From: Catajapyx aquilonaris
Lineage: Eukaryota
DNA: 64,000 nucleotides
Assembly (NCBI GenBank): GCA_000934665.2
Contig: JYFJ02001520.1
Span: 1-64,000 of the forward strand
Direction of reading: 5' to 3'
Under the pieces are notes generated by a model, which had not been told where the DNA came from, did no database searches, and worked only from the letters and a program-made list of their open reading frames with translations. The position numbers and the translations under genes were made by a program. Each line of letters begins with the position of its first letter. Position 1 is the stretch's first letter. Positions 22,101 through 34,852 of the stretch are shown here, in pieces.

Positions 22101-25100
22101 TATTTCCATCATGGCGGACAAGCATTGCGTGCAAACGATGGATCCGATAAAAATTTTCAACGCCACAAATTGGGGCAGTTAGAGTATGTTTAAAACTCAC
22201 TCTTCATGCAAAGCTGAGCAGCGCATGCGACGTTATGTGCATATTTATCGGACGTGAAAATATGAAACTTTATCATTGTCACATGTGGTCGATATTGTTG
22301 TATGGCTGGTGGGTATGGAGGAGGGAATGAGGCGTAAATGTCAGGGGTAATTACCCCAAGAGGGATTTGCCCCGGTCATGGAAAAGCACGCCATAAACAT
22401 TGGCTTCTATTGGCATGCCCGCAGCAATTTTCAGGCACTAATTTTGACTTTGCGCCACCCTCCTGATTGACCATAGTTGTCTCTAATTAGTGGCGCGTTG
22501 CAACGGCGTAACTTGAGCAACCTGTAATTTTAATCGGGTTAATTTTTGAAACACAACTGAGATAATTTGGTTACAACACATGCAATTATTCACTTAACTG
22601 TTTTTTGTGCACTTATTATAAATGCAGTTTTTTAAGAAAATCAGGATGAAACGGACCTTTCAATTGGAACACTCCGCATTACAATCATCTTATCAGCTCG
22701 TCCATTGGCTTACAAAATACCCATATTGTAACATTGTTATAACAACGTCCGGAGGGAGCATAATATAATGGGGCACAGTTATCAATTTTTCCGCTCTGTA
22801 TTTTTTAGGGCCACGAAGGGTCAGCAAATTGTTTTTCTAACGGTGCCAGTGGGTTGACCCCTAAAACCGCATCGTAGGAAAAGGTCAAGATGATGAATAA
22901 TGACCTGGCAAAATGCTCCTGGATCCCTTGTATTATGCTTGGCACGCCTCATTGCTGATGAAGAATATGGACATTTTGTAAATAAATTTTTATCGTTCAG
23001 ATTCAATCTACTTTTCGTACTGTTTTGTTGGTCAGTGTCGTTCGACTGTAAAAGGACTTGATGTGACAGGATCCAACCATATTGATCACCGGAGAGGATT
23101 TACCATAAAACCAATAATCGGTTCGGTTGGTGCGGTGCCATAGCTCCGCAATAATCGGATGATATACACGTTTGGAACGTGTAACTCTCCACACCATAAC
23201 CAGTGCATTTATATCGCTGCACAGTCACTCTCTTTGTCATGCTCCCCACCTACACCAACATGACCCTAATTATAATTATCCCATGTACACAGCAGGGTAG
23301 TGCATTGCTCAAGTACACACCCTGCTGTATCTTGAATTAATTAGTTAGTATATATACTCCTAACAGTTAATAATTTTTTTGATCTGTGGTGTGTCAAAGG
23401 GAAGTGGGTTTGGCAACGAAAAAATAGGTGTGTAATTACAGGGCTGTTCAAAGGAATTTTCCAGTGGCAGTTCACAGTTGACCGGAGCCCCTGTACAGTT
23501 GCAAATGAGAGATTAGCTGCAGCCATTTCACGGGATGGTTATAATGGAGGACGCGTGTAATATGAATGCTGTCAGATATTATGATGGCTTCAAAAAAAAA
23601 GAGGGGAGTGTTAACAACGAGTTTCATGAGTGGATTTCGTTTTGAATCAAGCTTGAAGGGAGGTGTGCAGATGTAAAAAATACTATGCGAAATCAATAGT
23701 ACTGTGGGCAAAAATTCTAGTTTCGAATTCTGTTATTACCATACGTTGCAATGCACATTGAGTAATAAAGCTACAGTCATTTATGTATGAACGAAAAATT
23801 ATTTTGAAAATATAATTAATTGCGTGCCTTTCATATAAGTTACATATCAGTCGAATGATTTAGCATGCTTAATAGAATGGATCAAAAATTTCGTATGGCA
23901 ATTACTTAAGTATTCTTCTTCATGAGCAGTGTTTATTACACCTCTAGACTGTTTGTCCAGCAATTAGAGCTCTCATTATGGGCTACTGCAAGAAGGCACT
24001 CTTGACAAAGCATATCAATTCCTGAGCCATTACCCATAATTAATGAACGCATGAAAGCACCATTACAGGCACTTCACATTTTTTTTTCGTTGAGACCATG
24101 CCTTAACAATTAAACGCCATTTGTGCTCCGGAGCAGCGAGGGGAAATTAATCTTATTAGCATGGAAGACAAGTTGCCGAAGCAAGGAGAAGGCTGCTGGG
24201 TTTAAACGGAGTTTTTTTTTCTGCTCTAGAAATTAGCGTTCTATAAATTTTTTTTACTATGCAATTTTTCAAGTTTTTATCTCCACTAGACAAATCTTCA
24301 TCAGAATATGCAAAAATATAATCGACCCTTTTCACACACTCAAATTTTTTTTGAGACATGCGCAGTACAACTTTCTCTTTCTTCATTCTTCATTGAGAAA
24401 AAAATTGGCTTTGAAAACAATAACTCACACAGCTTATAAACCGGAGCCATTGACTTTGGCAGAGCAGAACACGCAATTTCCTCTCCCCTATTGTTGTTTT
24501 GGAGCAATGAGGAGACCCCACGACTAATGAAACACATGCAGGAAATTGACTTGAGGAACAATCGGACAAGGACGTGAACTATTTCTCTTGTCGATTTTCT
24601 TCTTCTTCTTCTTCTTCGTCTCTCCTTATCTCCCGTTTGTTGCAATGGACAAGAAAGGTTGCGTGCGTGGCCTTGAAGAAAAGGAAACAGTTATTGTTTT
24701 GCGAGGTGTGTGCACTTTGGTGTGTCAGGTATATACATGTGGGATGGAAACAAGGAGTGGGAAAAAAAATTGTTAATAACACTCTGCGTGCAACTTTCGC
24801 AAATTTTTAAATGATGCACAGATGTTTCTAAATCAAATCAGGTGATGGTAATTATACAGGAGGATGCACTGATTACTCTCCACTTCAAGAAATAGTTGAA
24901 TGAGACATTGTTTATTCTATAGAAACCAGATCAATCTGAAGTTAATAATATTGTGCGTCCAATCGGTTGCTTTTTTTTCAATTTGTTGCTGGAGTATAAA
25001 CAAAGCTCTCTCTTTGAAAATGTGACTTGAGCAGTACATCACCCTGTGAAGCAATCGCGTGGCCTGATAATTTGACAGCCAACAATAAACAACATGCTAT

Positions 25101-27541
25101 ATTATTAAGCTGAACGAGTCGACCTTGCCATTATTTGTTTACATATTTTTCTAGATCTGCAGCCTTTAATGCGCTGTTCACATGCGACCGCTTACAATAT
25201 GATATTAAACCCTAAATTATGCGCCTAATAAATTGGTACAAAAGTAGCTCAATTACCTGTAAGTATATTTCAGGCTCAGTATGACTCATCATATTGGAAT
25301 GAATGAGGCACCAAATTCTTCACATGAAGGAACCTAATTATTTTTAAGAGATGCAACAATCACAATTGTTGCTAATGTTGAACTGTTAAACTGTGACCCT
25401 GGGCACGCACTGTACCGAACACAGTCATTACAACATTTTAATCAGATACTCCAGCAGCATTAAAATTGGATATAACAGCGCTTAACAAATTAATTCCATT
25501 GATTTAATTACCCCCGCTAAATGACAAGTGCAGCCCTCCGCAGATGAACAGCTCCCATTATTATTTTATCCCACATCCGGCTTGTTAAGTGAATAAACTG
25601 ACATGCCCAACACACAACATGACTCAACACTAACCCAACATGTATTTTCTATATACAGAGGCTTTTTCTCCACCATTCGCTCTCCGTATATATAAATCAA
25701 TCAGGGCAACCTAAATCCGGAATTATCCTCGCCAGCTACATTTTGAAAACCGGCGGAAAGAGTTACACGCTAAATGAAATATGAACTCTTCCGTGTATAG
25801 TTCCGGCGGCATAATATTGTGGCCTGGCTTGCACACCGGGCCATAAATGATGTATAAAGCTTCTAGCTCTCTCTCTACCGGAGTATCCGGGAGGTCCCAT
25901 CCGGATTATGGAGAGTTTTTCTCTATTCATTTGCTGCAGTTCCAACTACCTTTGGTCCGCTGTCGCCATTAATATCATATGACCGCATGTGGGGAGACTT
26001 TTAACTCGATGAAATTCTGCCCAATTAATAATGTCTATTATTTTGGAGCCGCTCTCGCGTCGACAAAACGTGCTTCGAACATGGCAGAAGGTATGATAAG
26101 TACAATGCTGTGGATATGAGGCGATGGAAATGTCATAGGCTGTATTTCTGTAGAAGATTGAGGCCAGTCTGCAATATAGCTAAAAAAAAACTTATGCAAT
26201 TATTTCTGACACTTTTGATTTGTTTGAATGAAAAGTTGGGTCTTGGATTGAAATCAAGACCTTTCATATCCAGACGTATCAGCGACCTTATACTATATTG
26301 AAAATTCCCGGAAGCAGCTGTTCCACATTTTGCTTTTTTTCTGTCTTCCTGTGCGAAGTGATGAATGTGGTTGGTGATTACTTGCCCTGGAAACTTTCGG
26401 TTTTTGCGGAGAATAATTATACGGTCTTGCTTGAAAAATGTAAATTGGATTGTCAGTCATATTGTTTTGCCATTATTTTGGTTAGCTTTCATATCAGGAT
26501 AATGCATTGTGAACATGAAAAAAATGGGCTCGTTGGAAATGAAGGAAAGGCCAGTTTTGAACTCATATCACATACTATTTCATACTATCAAAACTAATTA
26601 ATAATTATTTTACTCTAGAGTGGTAGATTGCGTATTAATGACAATTTAATTACCGCGCTATTGTTGTTATTATTATTGGATTTGCCAGCATCGCAATAAG
26701 TTGATATACCGGTATGTTAGTAGCTAGAATTAATTCATCTCGCCAAGTGCAACGGTACCATGTCCGTACACCGTGACAATCGCGAATCCATTTCAATAAT
26801 GACACCATGCTTGTGTAACAGTTTTTATTTTGCTTGAATGTGTGTCGGATGAAGAATTCCACACCTTCTTCTTAATTTGCATGTGTTACTTTGCTGGAAG
26901 GCTGTGGATTGGAACCAGTAGGCCAAGGGAGTGAACAAGCTCTGTGTGTGTGTGTGAAGAAAAATATATATAAAAAATCCTGGACGTGTACGACATTATG
27001 CCAAATTACCATGAACGCTATTGATGGTGGGAATGCCCATGATTGCAAGTGTTACATCTGATATATCCAACCACGCTTTCACCATGTAATTTATGCGTTG
27101 CAAAATGACATAACTATGCCCCTCCGCACGCATTAACAAATTATGGAACGGCCGACTTCATTTAATACTCGCCATGTTATGACTGACATGCAATTGTTCA
27201 TTATGCCAGCCTCGAAATCCAAATTTTATATTGACTATCCAGTGCAATTTTTTTTTAAAACATTCATACAGTTGTGTAATTATTAACATGCGCTACAGCA
27301 GCACTGTTGGTCCATTAAGTAAAGAGAATCCCAGCACCTCTTGAACTTTATACCATAGCCTACAGGCAGTATAACTCGCAAAGTCTAATACCATATAGAC
27401 TTGAAAAACATGGGCGTGTAGCCAGAAGAAGGAAGTTCAAACCCTCGGGTATAGTGAGACTATGGAGAAAGTGACGTCAGTTCTCGGTTAAACTGCCCTC
27501 GAACACTTTTTCTTCTTCTTTTTTCTTTTTTACCTTTGCAG

Positions 27542-27548
27542 GTGTCAG
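27542..27548 (+). other. Candidate 7-nt microexon or recursive-splicing exon
   Basis: A ~30 nt polypyrimidine tract and TTTGCAG, then GTGTCAG, then a consensus donor GTGAGT. Confidence 0.4.
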
Positions 27549-30500
27549 GTGAGTTTCGGTCAAATAACAGAACAGGAAAGTTTGGGAAGGCTCGTGCTAT
27601 AAATTAGCTCCCTTCCAAGTACGGAAGTGCGACCAGTCAGCCCCCAACCACTATTTATTGCCCAGGCAGGAAGCCAGATTTTTGTGACTGTCCAAAGTTG
27701 TTTACCCCAGCAACCAGAAGCAACAATCGGGGGGTGAGAAGCAAAACTTGAGAACAATATTGATCATGAGGGATGGAAGTGTTGTTGGAGGTTTAATAAC
27801 ACAGAGCCAGGGGTTGGTTGGCTGAAGTGCCCTTGTTCATTAGCGCCCTTGTTCATCAGGCCCGAGCTATTATCGCTGACACACACAGGGTGACTTAAAA
27901 GCTGCAGGCGTTTGTTCAACCGGACCGCTAGACCGTGTCAATCGCTCCTGTCATTTCTCTGCAGGCGGTCAACCACGACTCTTTTTTTTAAAAAGCAAAA
28001 AAAAGGCTGGAGTCAAATTGCACAAAGGGCCTTATTAAAGGCTAAACCAACGCAGGGGTTAATTATAGTGTAAAAAAAATCCGATTCTGAAACACCCTGT
28101 AGATGTTACATTTTTAATGAACTTCCAGAAACCGTCTGGTGCAATCAGGCTCGTGTGTAGTACTGTACTGATGCAAAGGTCAATCCGTGAGGTCAGCAAG
28201 TTGGTGGTGTCATCCGTCCACATTCCAAAACGTGTTTTTAGTGTGCTCACCTGTGGCCAGACGCACGTGGCACCAAACAGGAGGCACGTGTACCCAAGAT
28301 AAGCCCCGCCTCTGATGAATATTAAGTTGCCACAAACATAACACACTCTGAAATAAATATTTCGCTATAAATATTGGCATATTGAGACTTGATTCATTTG
28401 CAAAAGAATGGACATCTTTACGGTTATCGGAAAGCCACAACTTTTAGGAAAGTCTTCTCGGGGGGGGTTTTTTTTCGGGGGGAAAACCGCACTGCAAAGA
28501 CTTTTATCTTTTGAAGACTAGGCCAATTCCTCACTTTCCAGGCTTGGAGACGTCAAAGAACGGCCCCCGAATCTAGTAACGGATCACGGATGATTCAGCG
28601 TTTCACGATGCGGACTTTTTTTTATTTTTTTACTGAAAGACCGGAACCAGAAAACGGAAGGTTGCAATTCGACACACTCTGAAAGATTCTTGGAGGAAGG
28701 AAGTGAAGGCTATCGAATTGCCTTAATATCGTCCCACCCTCAAGGCCTTTCTTCGCCCATAAACGATCCCCACCATTCCTTTGGGAAACTGCGGTTGACC
28801 CAAACTGGGCTCAGATGCAAATTTTCAAGATGAATCTACCACAATTTTCCATAAAGGCCCCTCCGGAGAAATTCCGGGAGATCACTTTTTTGTTTACTTC
28901 CCAACCATAACCAAGCCTTAGCCTAACATTTTGCTTCATACGATAGAAGATTTATAGGCGATGATGAACTAGCCAATCAGCAATTTGGATTATCCGGAAT
29001 ATGTCCCCAAAAAAATCTGCCAAGTCCATTAAGGTGAAAGTCAGGTTACAGTGAAAGTGAAACAGATTATGAAGGTAACAGAGTTGAATAAACAGATTGT
29101 ATGACTTAAGTGTGAATTTTGAGATAATATTTCACCCCATACTTTTGACTGTACATTGTCAGAATATTGTATAATTTAACAGTAACTGTCCTCAACTTTT
29201 CAGAAATTTCTTTGTAGACGTCAAGTATGGCCAACGAAGCTCACAAAAAAATGGACAAGCCATGTCCTGCCTTACCAACCTGCTGAATAATTAAAATGTG
29301 GCAAACGCCCCGTACATTCTTCTTGCTCCGAAACTTTCACTCGAGCGTCAAATAGAGGACTCCACATTTATTAAGTCTTGTAGGTCACATCCTTTCTCTT
29401 CCCAAACCTCTCCAACATTCACCGTACCTGTGACATTTAGCCTACATCCTCGAGCAACTCTGCGTCGGATGTTGTTACTGGTTACAAAAAAAGAAAGAGA
29501 AGTATGGGCCACACTTTTGTTCTCCGCATGTGGACGCGTGGAGCAGAAAATTGCCCACATCTTTCAAGACGACTCGAGCCAAGTCACGCATCGCTGACGT
29601 CCAGATTACGGAAGAAAATAAGCGCTTTTACTACACACAAGAGGGGGGTCTCTTCTTCTTTCTTCTTATACATCCAAGATAGTACGAGCAAGAATATAAA
29701 AGAAAAAAAAAATGGGGGGGACGTTTCATCAAGCCTGAAATTAGACGCGGCAGGGTTGTCAGTCGGTGACCTGCTTGTGAAAATGGCTGAGCAGTCGAGG
29801 ATATAGAGAGGACACTTAGGCGCACGTGCCTTTTAAGATGATGGAGATAGAGGCGATGATTCCTGTTTTTTAAAGTGGTCTTGTGGAATGCTACAAAAAA
29901 AATGATAAAAATTGGAAGCTCAACATATCTTGGACTGCTTTTTCATATGGGTGTGCTATACAGTGCTGTATACTGAGACACGCAATTTTAAGTCTCGACA
30001 AGTCTACATACCCTGACAAAATTCGACAACACTGTCCACCGTTTTCTTCAGCTGAGCCACTTTCGAACAATGAGTCTCGCAGCTCCCAAACAAACATCTT
30101 CAAGAGACACTATTCGCTATACGGATACATTATAAACAGTCGATTTAAAATCTGTGGGTGTCCGGAAGCTGCGTCCAAGCACAGAGAGCCCTTTAATATG
30201 CGGCGCACATATTACCATCCGGTATAATGAAGAAGGGATCCGTGCTGTGGCCATGAAAGGGGCCAAGATGAGATCCATGGTGGCTGGTAGAGGAAGCAGT
30301 TTCATTGACCCACAAAAATAACGCCCATAGAGTATAAGCCCGGCACGTAACTTTCATACCACCTTCACCCAAGGATCCACACTGAAATTCTTGGGCGTTG
30401 CATACGAATGGTTCAGATATTGCAAATTCAGAGGCGGGGGAAACACTTCTGCATTTCGAGCCACACTGCTTGCTATAAAGAGGTTTTCCGTAAATAATTT

Positions 30501-33500
30501 CTGCTTGTTTTTAACGAGCTCCAATTTTACCTTAAAAATAAGCCCCCTTCCATTATAATTACCGTGGGTCGTAACCGTGCTGGTGACGTCCCCTGCGACC
30601 TTTCTCAAACACACTTATTCAGAGAAGGACAGTGCTTGGCGACATCCTGGGAAAACAACGGAGACAATTTACTGGCACAATGAGACGGACCCCCCTCTAG
30701 TTTTTCAGTGATGGAATTTCAGCAAGAACGGTCCTCCGCGAATCTCCATAACAAATGGCGACTTGATTAAAGGGTCTGTGTCAACCTAATTGAAACGCCA
30801 GGGTTAGTCTATGGCTCCCTATTGTGTTCAGAAGGAGGAGAAGAGACTAAAGGCAAAGAGGGGGATAGTAATGAGTCTGTTTGTTTAGTCATTGCCTCAG
30901 CATGAGGCTCTGCAAACTCCTACGCTTCTTCCTAAAGCCAGTTTTTTTTCCTCCCATGCAACCTATACCTATACAGAAGGCATGAGATTGGAAAATGGAG
31001 AGAGTTTCGCGAATTTGACTGCCAAATTCATTCGAGATGGCCCCCAACCTCCCTCCACAAATGGGTTGCGATAATACACAAAACATGTTTGGCCTGGAGG
31101 GACGTTCCAGCAATTTTTTTTAGCTGAGAGAGAAAAAAATGGGCGAATTCCAACCGCTTGCGAAAAACGAATCAGTAGCTGGAATGGGAATGGTCGAGTG
31201 AAAAAGAGTCTCGGTTGCACCGAAAATCGTTTCTTCCTTAGGCCAGTCTTCTTCGGGGGGGAGGTTCTCTCGTTTTTTTCATTCTTTTTATTTCTTCTCC
31301 TTCTACCTCTGGCTTGCCAAGTAAATGGATCTGTCACTTTGGCATTTGTTTCCAGAACATCAGTTCAGCGGGCGAAGTCGAGCCGAATTCTATACGATAC
31401 GAGAACGAAATATCTTTTTCGATATACTCCTCATGAATATTATGGAAATAGCAATGGCTTATGTTTTTCAATTGATTCCACAGCACGTGATGATATCGCG
31501 GTCACTCCAAGGCCATACACTAACACAAAAATGGACTCTTCATCTCCTTCTGGTGCCTTCTGAAGATGGTTCGCTGGAGCGGAGAAGCATCCAGTGCACT
31601 TTCTCTCTCTCGATACAAGTATGCATTTTTTGGGGTCCGTCCTTGCCCAAGCAAAAGCCTTCCCCAGTAATTGGAATCCCAGCAAAGCTATTTCCTTACT
31701 GGAGCATGTCAAGAGCACATTCTTGTGCTGGGACTGGCAGCTATGCAGGGAGAAATGTCTCGTGGAAAATGTGTCCATCGATATAGAGAAAAATCGGAAT
31801 TCCGAACCCGAAAACTTTGAGCAAAATTCCAACAAGAATATTGCTGGGGGGAAGGGGGGGGGACAAACATTGCAAACTGATGATCAAGAAAACAATTAAT
31901 TAATTGTCACCTTTTCTTTTTTCTTTCCATTGAGCGTGACAAAAGGTGGCACTCCCTAAGAATGTCTGAAATCTCGAACATTTCCGGTCATATCCGGTCC
32001 TCTTTTTTTACGTGTCGCCAAAGCGTGTCGGAAAATCGCTGGCTCGTGCGAGGACACAGCACAACACGAGCCGATGTGCACACGACCGGGTCCAAACTTT
32101 GTCCCCCTCTTCTGTCCTAAAAAAAGCCAAATTTGTCATGCTAATGGACAACTTTTTTGGTGGGGAATACGTCTGTCTCCGCTTAGAGAGGAAATTTGTC
32201 ACAAATGAGGGTATCCTCCACCTTTTTTTTGCGTCCAAAATCGATCTGGACTCATCTGTTTGGGGGTCGCTAATGAGAGATGTTGGCGGTTAAGTAGGAT
32301 TATGACATATTTGGGTGGTAAAAAATGTGAGGGTCTAATTTCGGCGCCAATTTTGTTAGGAGGGGTGATGTTCTGAATGATTAATGATTGTGGTGTTGGC
32401 TTAATTTGGCACCGACTTAGATGCCACATCACTGCATAAATTAGTGTGTTATTTTGGCCTTACATCTGATTTTAACGAGGATGTGTTCCTATGGTGTTTC
32501 CTAGTGCGAAATTTTGCATTTAAAAAATTTATTTAGAGATGCTCATACTAATGTGACACTTTCACCTACATTCGAAAGCGGTTTTATTCCATGGGAATAA
32601 CTAACAGTCCACGAAATTGAAAACAAGTTAAGCGCACTTTAACAGAAGAGTTATGGAACTGCCTACCGTAATGACCTTCCCAGCTGTAATTCAACGAATC
32701 GTCATTATAAATCTGCTTTTTTTTTTCATCCGACCCAAGGCTTTTCCAATCCAGAATATGTGGTTGAAGAAAAACAAGTTGGCCATAACTACACCAGACA
32801 AGTCCGCTACTGGTCGTTTAAATCGCGACATGCAAAAAAAAAACGTAAATATGCAAATGAGAAGCTTATCATCTTACGCTATCAAGGACGCTGTGGGCTA
32901 GTTTGGAAGCCTCTTTACAACTGGATCTATATAAACTAGGAGGGGGAGGGCTGGTGCCATTAAACGTGCCCGGTTAAGTAGGATTAAAACCACCAAAGTC
33001 TGCGAAACTCGGGTGGGATCTAGTGTCTCGCAAAATAGCCAGAAATTGGCGAAGGAAAAAAAATTCTCCCGGAACAAATTGCGATTTTTTTTTCTCTCTC
33101 TTCGGCTCGGTCTTCTCGAAACCTTGTAACCTCAATTTCCAGAAAAAGAAACAGTATAAAAATTCCTTCTCTCCTAGTGTTTTTTTTCCGGGCCGTAACC
33201 CCTTTCATTGTGTCTTGAAGTAGGTTGTAGATATTTCGAAGTGGAAAATTTGCAAAAGTCGGTATGCAAAAAAGGGGGCGGCCTAACGTACCGTAGAGAA
33301 TGACAATTATGCAAACCCTCAGATTGGGGTAGAATCTCCCGGATTCGCGATCTAGGTTTAGATCTATGTTAAAAGGGGCGGGCCTTTTTTGTTGTTGTTT
33401 CAGCGGTACTGTTCCGAATTTTCAAGCAATGTGGGACATGACCAGCATTGTTGCGTTTATTAAAGCAGAGATTTGCATCGGATGTTGGCCCTCGTGTCCT

Positions 33501-34827
33501 CTCAGCACAAAAGGCGTTTGCATATCGGAGTATGATTATTTAGGCAAGGCGGTTTGTTCAGGCTGCTCGGTAATGATGAGAAATTTACACGGTGCTTGTT
33601 ATGCACTGGCCAAATTCAAGAGGAGATGCTGCTTCCAGCTATAGTTGTGACATGTCAACAATTTTAAGTACGTTCATGCAGTACATTCCAAGCTAATATG
33701 CGAGAATCGCATTACCACATGTAATTATTTTTGATGCTTCGCTGTCTGCTGTAATAACTTGCACGCACACGAGTTGCTGAAATTATGCGACAACTACAAG
33801 ATTTTTTTTATCACTGTTTAACCCTCCACAGAATCGCCAGCACGTAACGTCACCTGGCTCGTGTGAATAGGCGTTTCCAATCGGTACCACAAAAGCATCC
33901 GTTGTCGACCAGGCGCGGAAGAGAGGTAATTGTACCTTTTATTCTGCCAATAATAGTCTCCTCAACATGCGCATCTATAGCGGCAATTTGCTGTATGTCC
34001 TGCTACTTTAGCGGTAAATTAAAAGTACCTACTTTCAAAAACGGTGGTGCATTTTAGAGTGTGCCTGGCTCTTAAAAATAATTCTTAAAAGCCAGGCAAA
34101 AAAATTTGCCCAAATAAGTAACAGCAATAATTATAATTGCTGTTACTTATTTGGGCAATCATTTTTTTGGCAAATTCTTTCCTCACTATTTTTTTTATTA
34201 TTAACCATCCGTTTCTCTCACCTGCCGCGGCCAGCAAACCCTTGATGCCTGAAGTCCCCACAAATAGGCCTTGAGGAAGGCAATCATCCGTCATTAGGCC
34301 CTCTCTTGTGGTGTTTTCCGGATGAGCAAAAGGCGTGGGCAGCCTATGGGCACGGCCCCATCCTAGTGACAGCCCAGAACAATTTTTTGGAGGGAAGAAG
34401 AAGAGGAGGAGAACCAACCTTAAAAAGAAGGAGGGGGGGTTTTGAAGCCACGTTAGTTACGTGACCACCGTGCATTAAGGCTCCAGAGAGAAAAAAAAAG
34501 TGTGTAGTGGTTGGCTGGCTGAGGGGGGGCAGAAAACGTTTCAGGTTCCCCCCTTTTCCAACCCTCCAGGTGAGAGAGCTTTAGTCGAGATCTGGCAGGT
34601 GAACAGGCAGGACCTAGGGTTGTGGTTCATATATGTTGTGATCGGAACTTTTGAATCCACGTGTGAACAGTGTTTGTGTTTTTTTGGGTGAGCTTTTGTG
34701 TTAGTTCTTGGGGACCAAAAGTGCGCAGAATCGGATTTTCCGGGGAGGAGTCTGACTCCGGATGGGGATGCTGAGTCTCAGAGCTGGAGTGGAGTCGGAG
34801 AGTGGTTGACGTTTTATTAACTCGACG

Positions 34828-34852
34828 ATGCAGATGACGGCACGACAACCTG
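34828..34852 (+). CDS. Candidate short first coding exon (MQMTARQP) of an unidentified long-intron gene
   Basis: ATG CAG ATG ACG GCA CGA CAA CCT G followed by a strong donor GTGAGTA, at the end of a G-rich 5'UTR-like stretch (~34500-34827). No downstream coding exon was recognised in the window. Confidence 0.3.

Noticed and set aside
23289..23328. Short hairpin ACAGCAGGGT...ACCCTGCTGT
   Set aside because: It is too short for a pre-miRNA and matches no conserved miRNA I can recall.
31198..31899. Cluster of overlapping 100-150 aa ORFs
   Set aside because: No recognisable domain, homopolymer-driven composition and no coherent splice signals.
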